Source: Podarcis pityusensis
Lineage: Eukaryota
Strand: one strand, 5' to 3'
Assembly (NCBI GenBank): GCA_964106645.2
Contig: OZ067047.1
Length of the DNA stretch: 64,000 nt
Of this stretch, positions 53,335 through 64,000 are shown one piece after another. Under the pieces are notes generated by a model. The model was given only the letters and a program-made list of their open reading frames with translations. It was not told where the DNA came from and did no database searches. Position 1 is the first letter of the stretch. Every line of letters starts with the position of its first letter. The position numbers and the translations under genes are program-made.

Positions 53335-53408
53335 GGGTGAGATTCCTGCATTGCAAGGGGTTGGACTAGAGGACCCTTGGGGTCCCTTCCAACTCTATGA
53401 TTCTGTGA
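53335..53408 (+). mobile_element. CR1-type 3' end fragment
   Basis: GGGTCCCTTCCAACTCTATGATTCT 3' motif. Related pieces at about 10870-10900 and 38775-38840. Confidence 0.6.
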
Positions 53409-54627
53409 AGATGAGACACCATTTCCCAGGTGCCCAAAACAGCAGAGCAGCTTTCTGGTGTGGGGTCATGTGTGTTTAGAGCATGGATCTTGGCTAAGTA
53501 TATGCTATTTTAAGCATTCTAATGTATTGAATTGGCTGCCCCTCTCCAGGGACCATTGCACACAGCAACAAGCTGCATCTGGGCCAGTCTTTCCATTAGG
53601 CAGAGTGAGTTGGTTGCCTGAGAAAGCAACTTTTGGATGCGCCCTACCAGGGTGGCAAATTGCTTGTTTGTATTGTGTCTGTATGTGTTGAGTTTGTAAG
53701 GCACCCAAATGTCTTGGTCAGCTGTGAGCAGCATGCTCCAGTGTGCAAAGATCAGATGGCACAGACAGAGCTAACCATCCATTTAGCAAGTGGTGATGCG
53801 CATTATCCTGATCCAACACGTAACATGCATATGTGCAAGGGCTGCAGAATATTTTTCACCCTGCACAGTCAACCCCTCCTTGGAGTCCTCCGTGGACCAA
53901 TACAGAAAGGGACCTGCACACACAAACCTACTTCTGTGTGCACAGATTGCCTTTGCTGGATTGGAGCAATTATATTTTTGTTTGAGGGCATGAGACTAGG
54001 TAAAGGCAGCACCATAACATTCCCAAGTTGTTCTGCTCTAAATGGGCACTTTCCTGTATCCATGACCCATTTGTTACTATATCTACTATAGCCATAGTCT
54101 CTGAGTTTCACTTGGAGACCTGTTTTCTGAGCCTTGATTTCATTTGTGAAGACTAGGCTACCAATGCAAATGAATGGACCCCAGGCTGAGCAATGGGGGT
54201 AGCAATAAGTATCCTATCTGGGGCCAGGAGTTTTAAAGACTTTGTGGACAGGCTGCATTATCCATTGACGGCTAATACATGGGGGGTGGGGGGTTCTGTG
54301 GGACTCATCATGACACACTTTTTTGAACTTAGCCACATAATCTTTGTCCTTCCCAAGTTTCTTTTCTCAGGGTTGCCTCACATGATAAAGAGAAAACGAG
54401 ATGATTCTTCCGTGAATCAGCCACATGACGCTGCCTGCTGCAAATATGCTTTTCATATTATGTCAGGTATCTCTCAGTGTAAGATAATCTCCGTTAGGAA
54501 GTGACTCAGTGACCACACAAGCTTTTTGTACGTATATTGATTTCAGTTGAACTGCAGAATGCGAGTGCAAATAGTCGTTGAGTAATACCCTTGATATTGA
54601 GAAGTGCTGAAAGGAAACAATTTTTTC

Positions 54628-54767
54628 TCTTTTCTGTTCAAAATTAAAATTATTGGGCACATGAACCTGGGTATATAATTTATATCCTTGCCCTCTAGAA
54701 GTGGTTGGGAGTGAGACCAGCTACCCAGGTTCATGTGTCCAGTAATTTTAATTTTGAACAGAAAAGA
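54628..54767 (+). repeat. 46-bp inverted repeat with 48-nt loop
   Basis: Arms 54628-54673 and 54722-54767 are reverse complements except at two positions. Confidence 0.92.
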
Positions 54768-57127
54768 TAAAAATTAACTCTAGCCACGGAGACTGAACAA
54801 TCATCTTATGGTGTACCCAGCCCAAACTGATTCACATTGAGTGCTGTTGAGTGAGAGCTCAGTGGAAGTTTCTCACACTTTTCTATTCCTATCCTTGAGG
54901 ACAATTGAAGAACTGCATTTGCTACCAGCATGAAATCCACAGTATGTTTTCTGTTTCATGAACATAAAACATTTCCGGAAAACCAGCTATATAAACAAAA
55001 ACAAGTCTCTGAGTTTTGTGCCAAAATCTGGGAGTTAGGATAAATGGTTAGAATTATCCCACCTAACTTAGACGGAAGGGGCATCAGCCTAAATTTGTGC
55101 TTGACTTTGATTAAATAGTAACCACATAAATTGTGTTCTTCAGTGACAACCAATAATTATTTTAAAAAGGGGGAAATCAGAATTAGAAGAACCAATGGCC
55201 TGTCTACATTCTGTGTGAAGCCCTGGCCTCTTCTCTTGCTTTGTACTGTTTTGTGTGCCAAGTCTTCAATGGTCTTATCTATCCAATTCTGTATCTTACT
55301 CCATAGGGCTAACTACCTGCAAATGAACAAGAAGTAAAAATATTTTTGTTTGTAATGTCTCTTTTGATTATGGAGCAATCTCATAAGAGAACTGTGGTGT
55401 TTTGGGGATTTGTTGAGAGTTTGTCACTTTTTGTGCTGTTCCTAAACCTACCAGTTTGCCTGTGAAATCTTCAGAATGTAATTGTTATGATAATCTCATG
55501 TGTGAATGTTCTGTTTCAGTGGTGGATTTTTATGCCCATGTGATCTTTTCTTGGATCATGTGCTTTACATGATTGGGCTTTTGTGAGACAGTATGTATTT
55601 TCCATTATTGGAACCAACATTTCAGCAGGGTTTGAATCTGATTAATTAGAATTAAATATCAAATTTCAATCTGCTCAGAATTTAGAAATGTTAAACTGTT
55701 ATTTCTATTTGTAATTCTTTGAGGTGAGAAAGCTAAACTAAAGAAAGTTAAAAAGTTACTCAGTGCTCTGGAACATTCAGTTTACCTAGTTTTGAAGTTC
55801 AAAGTTGTGAAAGTCAAAGACTAATCCTAAACAGACTCATTAAGAAGTCTCATTAAAAACAGTAGGAACTAATTTTCTGAGCAAACATGCATAGAATTTC
55901 TTTGACATTTGGAGCAATTTCAAATGTGTTATGAATTTAACTTAACTGGACATTTGTTTATTTTTATATTTCAGATTTGTTCTGGTTCTTACTATTGTAT
56001 TAACTTGTAACATTTGGAAATAGAACAGCTTAATGGTTCAGAAATCAAAACACACATGAAAATTGCGTTTGAAAAACAACATGGAGTTTGGAAACTTGAG
56101 TCATAAATTGTTGTGCCTTGGATTATCATGGCTATTTTGGACATCTCTCCTAATCCAGAGCCACCAATTAGTGCGCAGAAGGTGGTTTCCTCTCTGTGGA
56201 AGTAGGTAAACCTGCAAGTTGCGCATGGAACCTGGAAAGCTATGGGGAGCACCCAGCTGTCATGTCACCTGCCACAACTAGATGGATACTGAGAGAGACT
56301 TCTTAGGAGCTCCTCACAATAAAGACTTGTTTGGGGGAATGTATGAGGAGTGTTCAGTCTGAATCTGGGATTCCTTTTGCACAGCAACTGTCCCCCCTGA
56401 GAACTAATAGAAGCTAGAAGAGGCATGTAACTCTCCAGACATGATTGCTCTGTGAAGATCAATGAAGCTACATGTCTATGCCCATTCATTCTCTGCATTG
56501 GGGCTGTTAGGTTTTGTTGTCAGCATATGTGGGTAAATTTATTGTGTATATTGTAAAGCACAAAGCAGACGCTCCAGCAGGTTTAGGAAATTTAAAACTG
56601 CAGTAATGCCTCTGAGGTATATACTGAAGTTAATAAGAGGTCCTACTACACTGACCCTGATACAGAGAACTGCAAGCGAATTAGAAGGCTGCAGAGCCAA
56701 CTATGTTGCTTGCAATGCTTATATGGTGACTGGAGTTCCTCACTGTGCAATTTTTTTTCACAGCTCCAGTTCTGCTCCCTGATGAATCAGGAGCAGGGAA
56801 AAGGAGGAATGACCAGACTGAAGTTAAGGGAAAATACTTAATATGGGCAGGGGATGACTAAGCTGTGACCTTGTTTTCCACTACAAATACCTATTTCTCC
56901 CGAACCGCAAAATTTTCTTCCATTGACAGATAGTTCCATCCTGCGAATTTAACTCATTTGCCTCAGAGCTAAGGGAAAACAAAAAGTAACCTCATCCCTG
57001 TCTGATGTTGTGCAAAGTATGTTCTCAGCTTGATTTTTGCACTGTTTGGTCATAGATGCTCCTGATGAAATGCGATTTCATGTTAATTGTTATATAGTGC
57101 TGTATTATGAAAAAAAATTGAAATTCT

Positions 57128-57133
57128 AATAAA
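57128..57133 (+). terminator. Candidate SMIM45 polyadenylation signal
   Basis: First canonical AATAAA I saw downstream of the SMIM45 stop. It follows AU/GU-rich UTR-like sequence and has a TG/T-rich region downstream. ATTAAA variants occur earlier. Confidence 0.45.
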
Positions 57134-57896
57134 CTATGTGGAGTCAATCAAGAGCATGGTGCTTTGTTGACATTGATGCGTGTATGTTAATGTTTTTAAC
57201 AAGCAGTCTACACAACTGCAGTGAGGCTTAGGTTCTTGTTTTGTTTTGTTTTGTTTTGTTTTGTTTGATACACAGAACAAGTGATACAAATTGGCTCAAA
57301 CCAGTTTGCTACTAGCACAATTGTGTCATCAGTTGCTTACCACAAGCCGCACCTTCTGGAGCACATAGCAGCCAGGGTGATATTCTTCAAGAAACTGCCA
57401 CAGGCCCAGGTCTGATCAGGAGTAAATCCCACATTGGATCCTGTGACGGCTTTGTTTTTCTTTCTTCAAAATACAAGTGGTTATTGTAACATGGTTTGGC
57501 CCTGTGCAGATTTTTCTCTCACAACTGGCCTATTGTTTTGCAAGTGATTAGTTCACCAGTGTGTGCAGCTTTTTGAAGAAATGGAAGTGCTATATAAAAC
57601 AAAATGGTGACATGACCATATCTGTACACATTAATACATTTTTAGATTACTTGAAAGGACAATGGGTTGCTTATTTCTGATTGACTGTAATTCTCATCTT
57701 CAGTATCCTTCAAACCCACTTGTGACATGAAAATACACATTTCCAGATATATTTTTAAATGACCAGAAGGAAATGAAATTACTAATATCTTGTCTCAGTT
57801 CCCAAATGGTGAATTCTGGATACTCTGTGCTTGTTCTGCTCAGGGCCGCCCCAAGGCTCATTTTGCTGACTGAGGCAAAGGACAAGATGGCATTCC

Positions 57897-57930
<34 letters not shown>

Positions 57931-58160
57931 TTTATACCCGCCCTTCTGGCTGGGCTTCCCCAGCCACTCTGGGTGGCTTCCAACAAAATATTAAAATACC
58001 GTAATAGATCAAACATTAAAAGCTTCCCTAAACAGGGCTGCCTTCAGATGTCTTCTAAAAGCCCGGTAGTTATTGTTCTCTTTGACATCTGGTGGGAGGG
58101 CGTTCCATAGGGAGGATGCCACTACCGAGAAGGTCCTCTGTCTGGTTCCCTGTAACTTGC
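57897..58160 (-). mobile_element. L2/CR1-clade LINE 3' fragment with (TAT)n tail
   Basis: (AAT)n run followed by a block also present at 61520-61812 (CCCAGCCACTCTGGG...GCCACTACC.AGAAGG). Confidence 0.7.
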
Positions 58161-61100
58161 CATGTACGAAAGCTGATCAGTTTGGCAACTGAATCTTCCA
58201 GTACTGGTGGTGATGGGTCTTTCACTGCACTTGAAGGCAGTAGGGCAACTTAGGGCAAACCATGCAGCACACACAACTATATTCTTCCAACAACTGACTG
58301 CTGCTTTTTGCCACCCCCCCCCCAAGCAGTTGTTGCCTGAAGCAGCTGCTTCACTTGGATAGCTATGCTATTGCTACTAAAGTAGAATGGAGCACAGATC
58401 TTAAGATGTCTTAGTTTCTTAAAAGTGATTTTTAGGCATTTTACATGAAAGTGTTAGAAAAAAGCTCTTGGGGAGACGGCGACCCACCAGGAACTCTAAG
58501 CATCTCCTGGTAGGCACGTCTCAGGAATGGCATGCCCCTTCAACTCCAGAGTGCCCTTCTGCAACACTTTTCTTATGAAAAGTGCACACAAGTCTTCTAG
58601 CATCATACAGCAAGAAGAAAGAAACATCTGTAAATCTAAACTACATTTTATTTACATTCTATACAGACAATCCATAATCACGTCTGTGTTCTCCAAGCTG
58701 TGGCAGAACAACTGTTGCGTACTACAAAAGTGAAATTACAGTACAAAAACACACTCAGACAGAAGAGATAAGACAGTCTTCTGTTCCCACACTCTTCTCA
58801 GACATCTCATGTGATGTATACTAATCACACTAGCAGTATCGATTGCATAAAATCCCAACAGAAAGAGCCACCTAGCAATATGTTCATGTACCTATCCCAG
58901 CATTTCCATGCACATATTAAGGATTTTCAGACTTTCTTTTCTGATTATAAGCTCTTTGCTCTATGACGGAGGTTGCTCTATGGGACCCCATGACTTTTGA
59001 AGTGAGATGTTGCAGTGGGAATTGGACTTCAGAGGTCACACTACACCCCTGGAAGGTTGGACTGGCAGGCATTTGAGTCTATTCCCTATTGTATACTGAA
59101 AATCTGAACACTATGGAAGCAAGTTGTGACCACAAAAACAGATAATCATAACACTTGCAAAAATGTGTTTTCCATTGTACAAAATATGCATTTTTCAAAT
59201 TAACATCTAAAAAAAAAAAATTGGCAGAGCATGGTCCCAAGAAGAGGTGTTTTGTGAACATACCAAAACCTCCTTCCTTACTTTACTTGTTTACGTTAAC
59301 CAATATTCCACTGTCAAATTTGGGAAGGTATGCAATCTGTTCAGTGTTATTGTTCAAAAACCTTTTGAACATCACTCCTGATGCTTCTACCAAGTCTGAA
59401 AGAAATTTTGGGCTGCATGGTGCAACCAAAATAAATGAATTCCAGTCTTGCCATCTCATTACAGTACTGCAGTTGGCATCTTGATAGCCTGGTAGACCTT
59501 TAAATAGCACGGCTGTGGAAATATCACCTATAATTAAGAAAAGTATGCATCATTGGTTTACACCATTTATGTAGACTTGTCTGGGGATGACAGGGTTAGC
59601 GTGGCAAGAATGCGGGAGGGTCAAAGGTCTGGTATGGAAATAATGTTAGGATTCCAGGCCCTTCAAGCTTTCCACAAAAAGCTTATTGTTCTACCTCCTC
59701 CAACTTTTATGCTTCATAAACAAACACTAGATGGAGATGGCAATGGGCATGGTGATGACTGGGTAGATATGTTCTTTACATGTATGGCTTTAAGTAGGTC
59801 ACAGGTAATGATTCAAGAAACTCAAAAGATGCAAAATAGTGAAAATTAAACCACTATGAGGTGGAACGTGAAGTGAGAAACCAAGCCAAAGAGGTCCAGA
59901 AAGGTGCTGTAGAACTATGTTTAGGAAGACTTTTACATGCATTTATAAGGTTGCTGCACTGCATCACTATGATCAGAGGCAGTAGCAACAGGAAGTATTG
60001 AAGAGGAACTTCCTCTTGAGGGGATTTACTGCTCCTGTTGCTCTTCTAGTGCAGTTGTAACCCTGCCTCCTTTGGTGGCCTTGCCCTTCCTTCTAGACCA
60101 GAAGTAACTGACCAGGGATCAATGACTGAACAACTATGTCTACATATAGACACCAGCATAAGAGCATCCATGTTCTGTTAACCCACTGGCCTATCAAGAT
60201 TGTTTGGGGCTGTTAAAATAAAAATGGGAATATGAACATGAGAGAAAAATGAGAATATGAGAGAAATCAACTTTGACAGGTTTATCCAGCCCTACATCTC
60301 ATAGATCTGGGTGATTTTTTTTACAGTTCCAAACTTCTGCAGGGTTGTGGGGTTTTTTGTGGGGGGGGGGAGGGAGGAAGGATGCCTTTTAAGAATAAAT
60401 CCAGTTTATATTTCCACAGGTGAGAGATCCAGGTAAAACTGATTCTATTGTATGTTCAATTTGCCATATTTCAACATAAAGCTCCTTCGTATAGTCAATA
60501 GGAAGCATATTTTGGGTGATAATCTCTTGTCAACACAGCTTATCAGCTCTGTCCGGGGTACTGAAAAACCTGCCTCTGACTGCCCTTGTTTTGCCTGTTA
60601 GCTGCCTGTCCTTTCTCTCTGCCCCAGAACATTTGTCTGGACCTACTATACATCCTCTTGACCTGTTAATGGACTCATCATTGCCAGAACTGGATATCTT
60701 CCTCAGCAAACCTGCCATGCTGCAATCCATTGGAATTCTTACAGGCTCGCACAGAAACAAAGGTTAACTTTCAAAGAGCAACACTGGTGCATTTAAAGTG
60801 TTGTTTGTGCTTTCTGATGAACTGTGAGCTGCTGCAACACACCGCTTGGCTAATCATATCCCACTTTCTCCCCTCCAGTGGAGATACTCTTAGCTGCTAA
60901 ATGGATATAAAAATAAAAAACATGACAAAAATAATAAAGAACAATAATCCGATAATTAAAAGCAATTAGGTAAGGGGTTGCCAATCTTTTGGGACCTATG
61001 GGCTCCTCTACAAGCTGGAGAAACTGCATGGCCACCCAGCATACAGCACTACCTATTCTTTCTATTAGATGTCCTGTAGGGGGCTTATTTCAAGCCCACT

Positions 61101-61519
61101 TTCAATAGGGGGGAGGGGTGGACTGTGGGCACCACAGAACACATCTGTGGACACGTGTATCTGCACGTACCAGAATCAGGACTTCTGAATTAGATCAAGA
61201 ACAAACACATCTCAAGACTGAAAATAACATTCAGGCACTAGTGGTGACCTGGGACCAGATCCATCCCCTCAGGGTTGTTGTGAGGATAAAAGAGAAAGTG
61301 GAGAGAAACATACATGCCACTTTGAGATCTTTGGAAGAAAGGTAAGAATGTAATTTTAAAAAATGACTACAGAATTATTGTAATGGTAAGCTTGAATGGA
61401 AAGATTCCAAAGGAGAGAAGGCCAAAGTCCTTTGCCGTTTGGTAGAGTTGTCTGAGAGGCCTGCGGTCCCACCTCTCTCCTCTTCCCTTAGCCTAATGGA
61501 ATGGCTCCTGTAGATGATG

Positions 61520-61812
61520 ATGATTTTATTATTTATGTCCCACCCATCTGACTGGGTTTCCCCAGCCACTCTGGGCAGCTTCCAACAAATATAAAAATAT
61601 AATAAAACATCAACCATTAAAAAACTTCCCTATAAAGGGTTGCCTTCAGGTGTTTCCTAAAGGCTGTATAGTTATTTATCTCCTTGACATCTGATAGGAG
61701 GGTGTTCCACAGGGTGGGCACCACTACCAAGAAGGCCCTCTGCCTGGTTCCCTTTAATTCACTTCTCGCAGTGAGGGAACCACCAGAAGGTCTTTGGAGC
61801 TAGATCTCAGTT
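61520..61812 (-). mobile_element. L2/CR1-clade LINE 3' fragment
   Basis: Second copy of the 57897-58160 family. Confidence 0.7.
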
Positions 61813-64000
61813 AAGAGCCTGATGGAGTTAGTCTTTAGCAGATGGCAACAACAGACACCCAAAACCTGGAAAATGCTGAACAAGACATCTGAATATGGGA
61901 GTGGACTCATGCTAAGCCAACTGTGACCTTGTCTCCCTTTCCTTTAAGCCTTAGTTGCTGCTGGATTGCAAAGCCTGCAGGGCAAACTTGGGAGAGATTC
62001 ATTCTCTTGCCTTGTCCAACCAAGTCTCCATAATGCATGCCAGATCAGCTTGCTCTATATTGTCATTTCTGAAGTGTTACAGAAGATGGATGTTGCATGA
62101 TGTTTGTAGTTGTTGACATGGTCATGTGCACTGAGACCTTTAGAGTCCACTCGCCCCTGCTTTTTATTTCCTAGTCAGGGCAGTCGATGAGTGCTCTCAT
62201 TCAATGCTCCTGCCCACTCCTTCTGGCTTCTGTGTCCAGCTCCAAGTTCTCCCGGACTCTCTCTCCCACTTACTCTCTTGCAGAGGATGGGAAAACACCC
62301 AACGGTTCAAGAGAAGGGATAAAGAAAGAGAAGAAACTCACCCCATTCACCATGATGTCCAGGAGGTCTGGAAATGGATGTTCCTTCGGAGGACTGATGT
62401 AGTCAAAATATTTTCGTAGAATTAACTGTGATCTATGGGTTGGGGAGCAGCCTGCCTTTGAAAGGTTTGGGTTTCTTTTAAGTTCTGGTACACCAAATGG
62501 TTGTTTGCTGTGGACATTCGGCTGCTTTGCACCTACATCATTCCAGGTAAGCTCCTGATGTGTTCTTTCAATGTAAGAATCCTCTCAGAAAACAAGAGAA
62601 AGATTAGAAAAATCAACAGCTTTTATGAAGTGATTATTCCTTGAAACAGTGCTGGTTGGCAACAGGCAATAGCTTTTAAGAGAGCTGGGAAGGGCATCCT
62701 TCCTGTACTAAATAAACATATGCTTCTTTTATCTCATGGTCACAGGGGCTTTGTGGGTGTTTGAACACTACAACACCCGGTCAACCTTGTTTAACTACCA
62801 GAGGGGAAGGTGGGTTGTGAGTGCACACACCACAATAATCCTTCCCTTCTACAATTCAGTTTTACCTTTCCCAGAGTATTGTCTGTCTCCAGCTGCAGAC
62901 TTTTTATATACAAATTGGAGCAAGTGGATGGATAATAATGTTAATTTTCATATATTATATCTCGTAGCAAGGATTGCAAACATCTTTCTATATCTTAGCA
63001 GGTTGTGAAATTATTTAAACAATAACAATATTCTGGAAAGGTGGAGAAATTTATCTCTGTGTGTCATGGGCGGGGAACATTTCGGGGGCTGAAGGCATTG
63101 CGCTCATGGAAAATTTGAGTGGGGGAGCTAATTCCAGTAGTGGGCAGGGTCAGACCCATGACCAGCATCAGACTCACACACATTCACACACCCGTAACAC
63201 ACCCACACACCATTACACACAAACATCTCTATTTCCCATGGAAACAATGGCATATATTTTATTCTTAGTAACAGCAGTTAAGTTTTGCTTTCTATTTTTA
63301 TAGACTTTAAATACTAATAAAAAGCTTGCTAAACATGGCTTTTTAAAAAAAATCTGGTTGTGCAAAAGGCAAAAAAAGTCAGTAATTCCAGCGCTTATTA
63401 TATGTCTTAATAGCTTTTTACAAAATGTCACAAAGCAACTTATGAAATATTAAGAATGTAAATAATGTAAGTGCCCATCTGAACTGCAAAACCCTGCATT
63501 ACAGCTATTCAACGCCTCAAACTTGGCACACTGAAAATTGCTTACTGGGAATCGCAAAATGAATGGAAACTTTGTTTGTTTCTATGCATTGTTTTAAAAA
63601 AATGTATATGACTTCTCATATTATAATATATCAGAGTGGTGTAAAGAAAACAAAAGATAAACATAAAATATACACCATGTGTTGCATCCAACTGAATTCT
63701 ACGCAGAGTAGATCAACTGAAATTAATGGACATAAGTTAGCCATGCTCATTAATTTCAATGGGTCTACTCTGGGCAGGACTAGCATTGAACACTGTGCCA
63801 AAACTAATACTGTTCAAATGACAGTTCAACACTACAAGTTGATCAGCAGACAATAATTCATTAGGAAAAGCTCACACAAGTAAAGAAGGATGGTATTACA
63901 CATGCACCTGAAAGAGAGGATCGTTGGGGAATGCCTTGTCTCTAAAGGTATAAAATTGCACATTAAATGGATTTAACTCTGAAAGCCTCACTACTGGAGG

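Noticed and set aside
53633-54091. 152-aa plus-strand ORF as a second SMIM45 cistron
   Set aside because: It begins at a non-ATG codon, has no recognisable homology, and lies over 2 kb downstream within probable UTR and repeat remnants.
57200-64000. SEPTIN3 GTPase-domain exons
   Set aside because: No GQSGLGKST or other septin motif seen. The gene body is probably beyond the window.

Overview
This is a vertebrate genomic window, almost certainly from a squamate lizard. A lacertid is likely, inferred from Sauria SINEs, RTE-BovB, lizard-type L1 and hAT/Tc1 MITEs. Two genes can be read from the sequence. The first is a complete 6-exon CENPM (centromere protein M) on the minus strand (CDS 41110->36250, 182 aa, all introns GT-AG). 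The second is the 68-aa single-pass microprotein SMIM45 on the plus strand (51125-51331). They are head-to-head across a CpG-rich promoter at about 40.85-41.46 kb that has back-to-back TATA boxes, a CDE/CHR-like cell-cycle element, NRF1 and CRE sites. SMIM45 appears to have non-coding 5' exons and a long (~5.8 kb) 3' UTR containing a 46-bp stem whose only two mismatches are G-U compatible on the sense strand. The rest of the window is TE-rich intergenic and intronic DNA. It includes a full-length young L1 with TSD, a 2.4-kb BovB with a fold-back 5' junction, a decayed DIRS retrotransposon, solo LTRs, SINEs, and many MITEs with intact TSDs, several of them nested. Syntenic neighbours known from mammals (TNFRSF13C to the left, SEPTIN3 to the right) could not be identified as coding sequence, although candidate exons and regulatory motifs are noted. 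I found no evidence for a wholly new multi-gene system. The most promising under-studied biology is the SMIM45 microprotein transcript and its shared promoter with CENPM.
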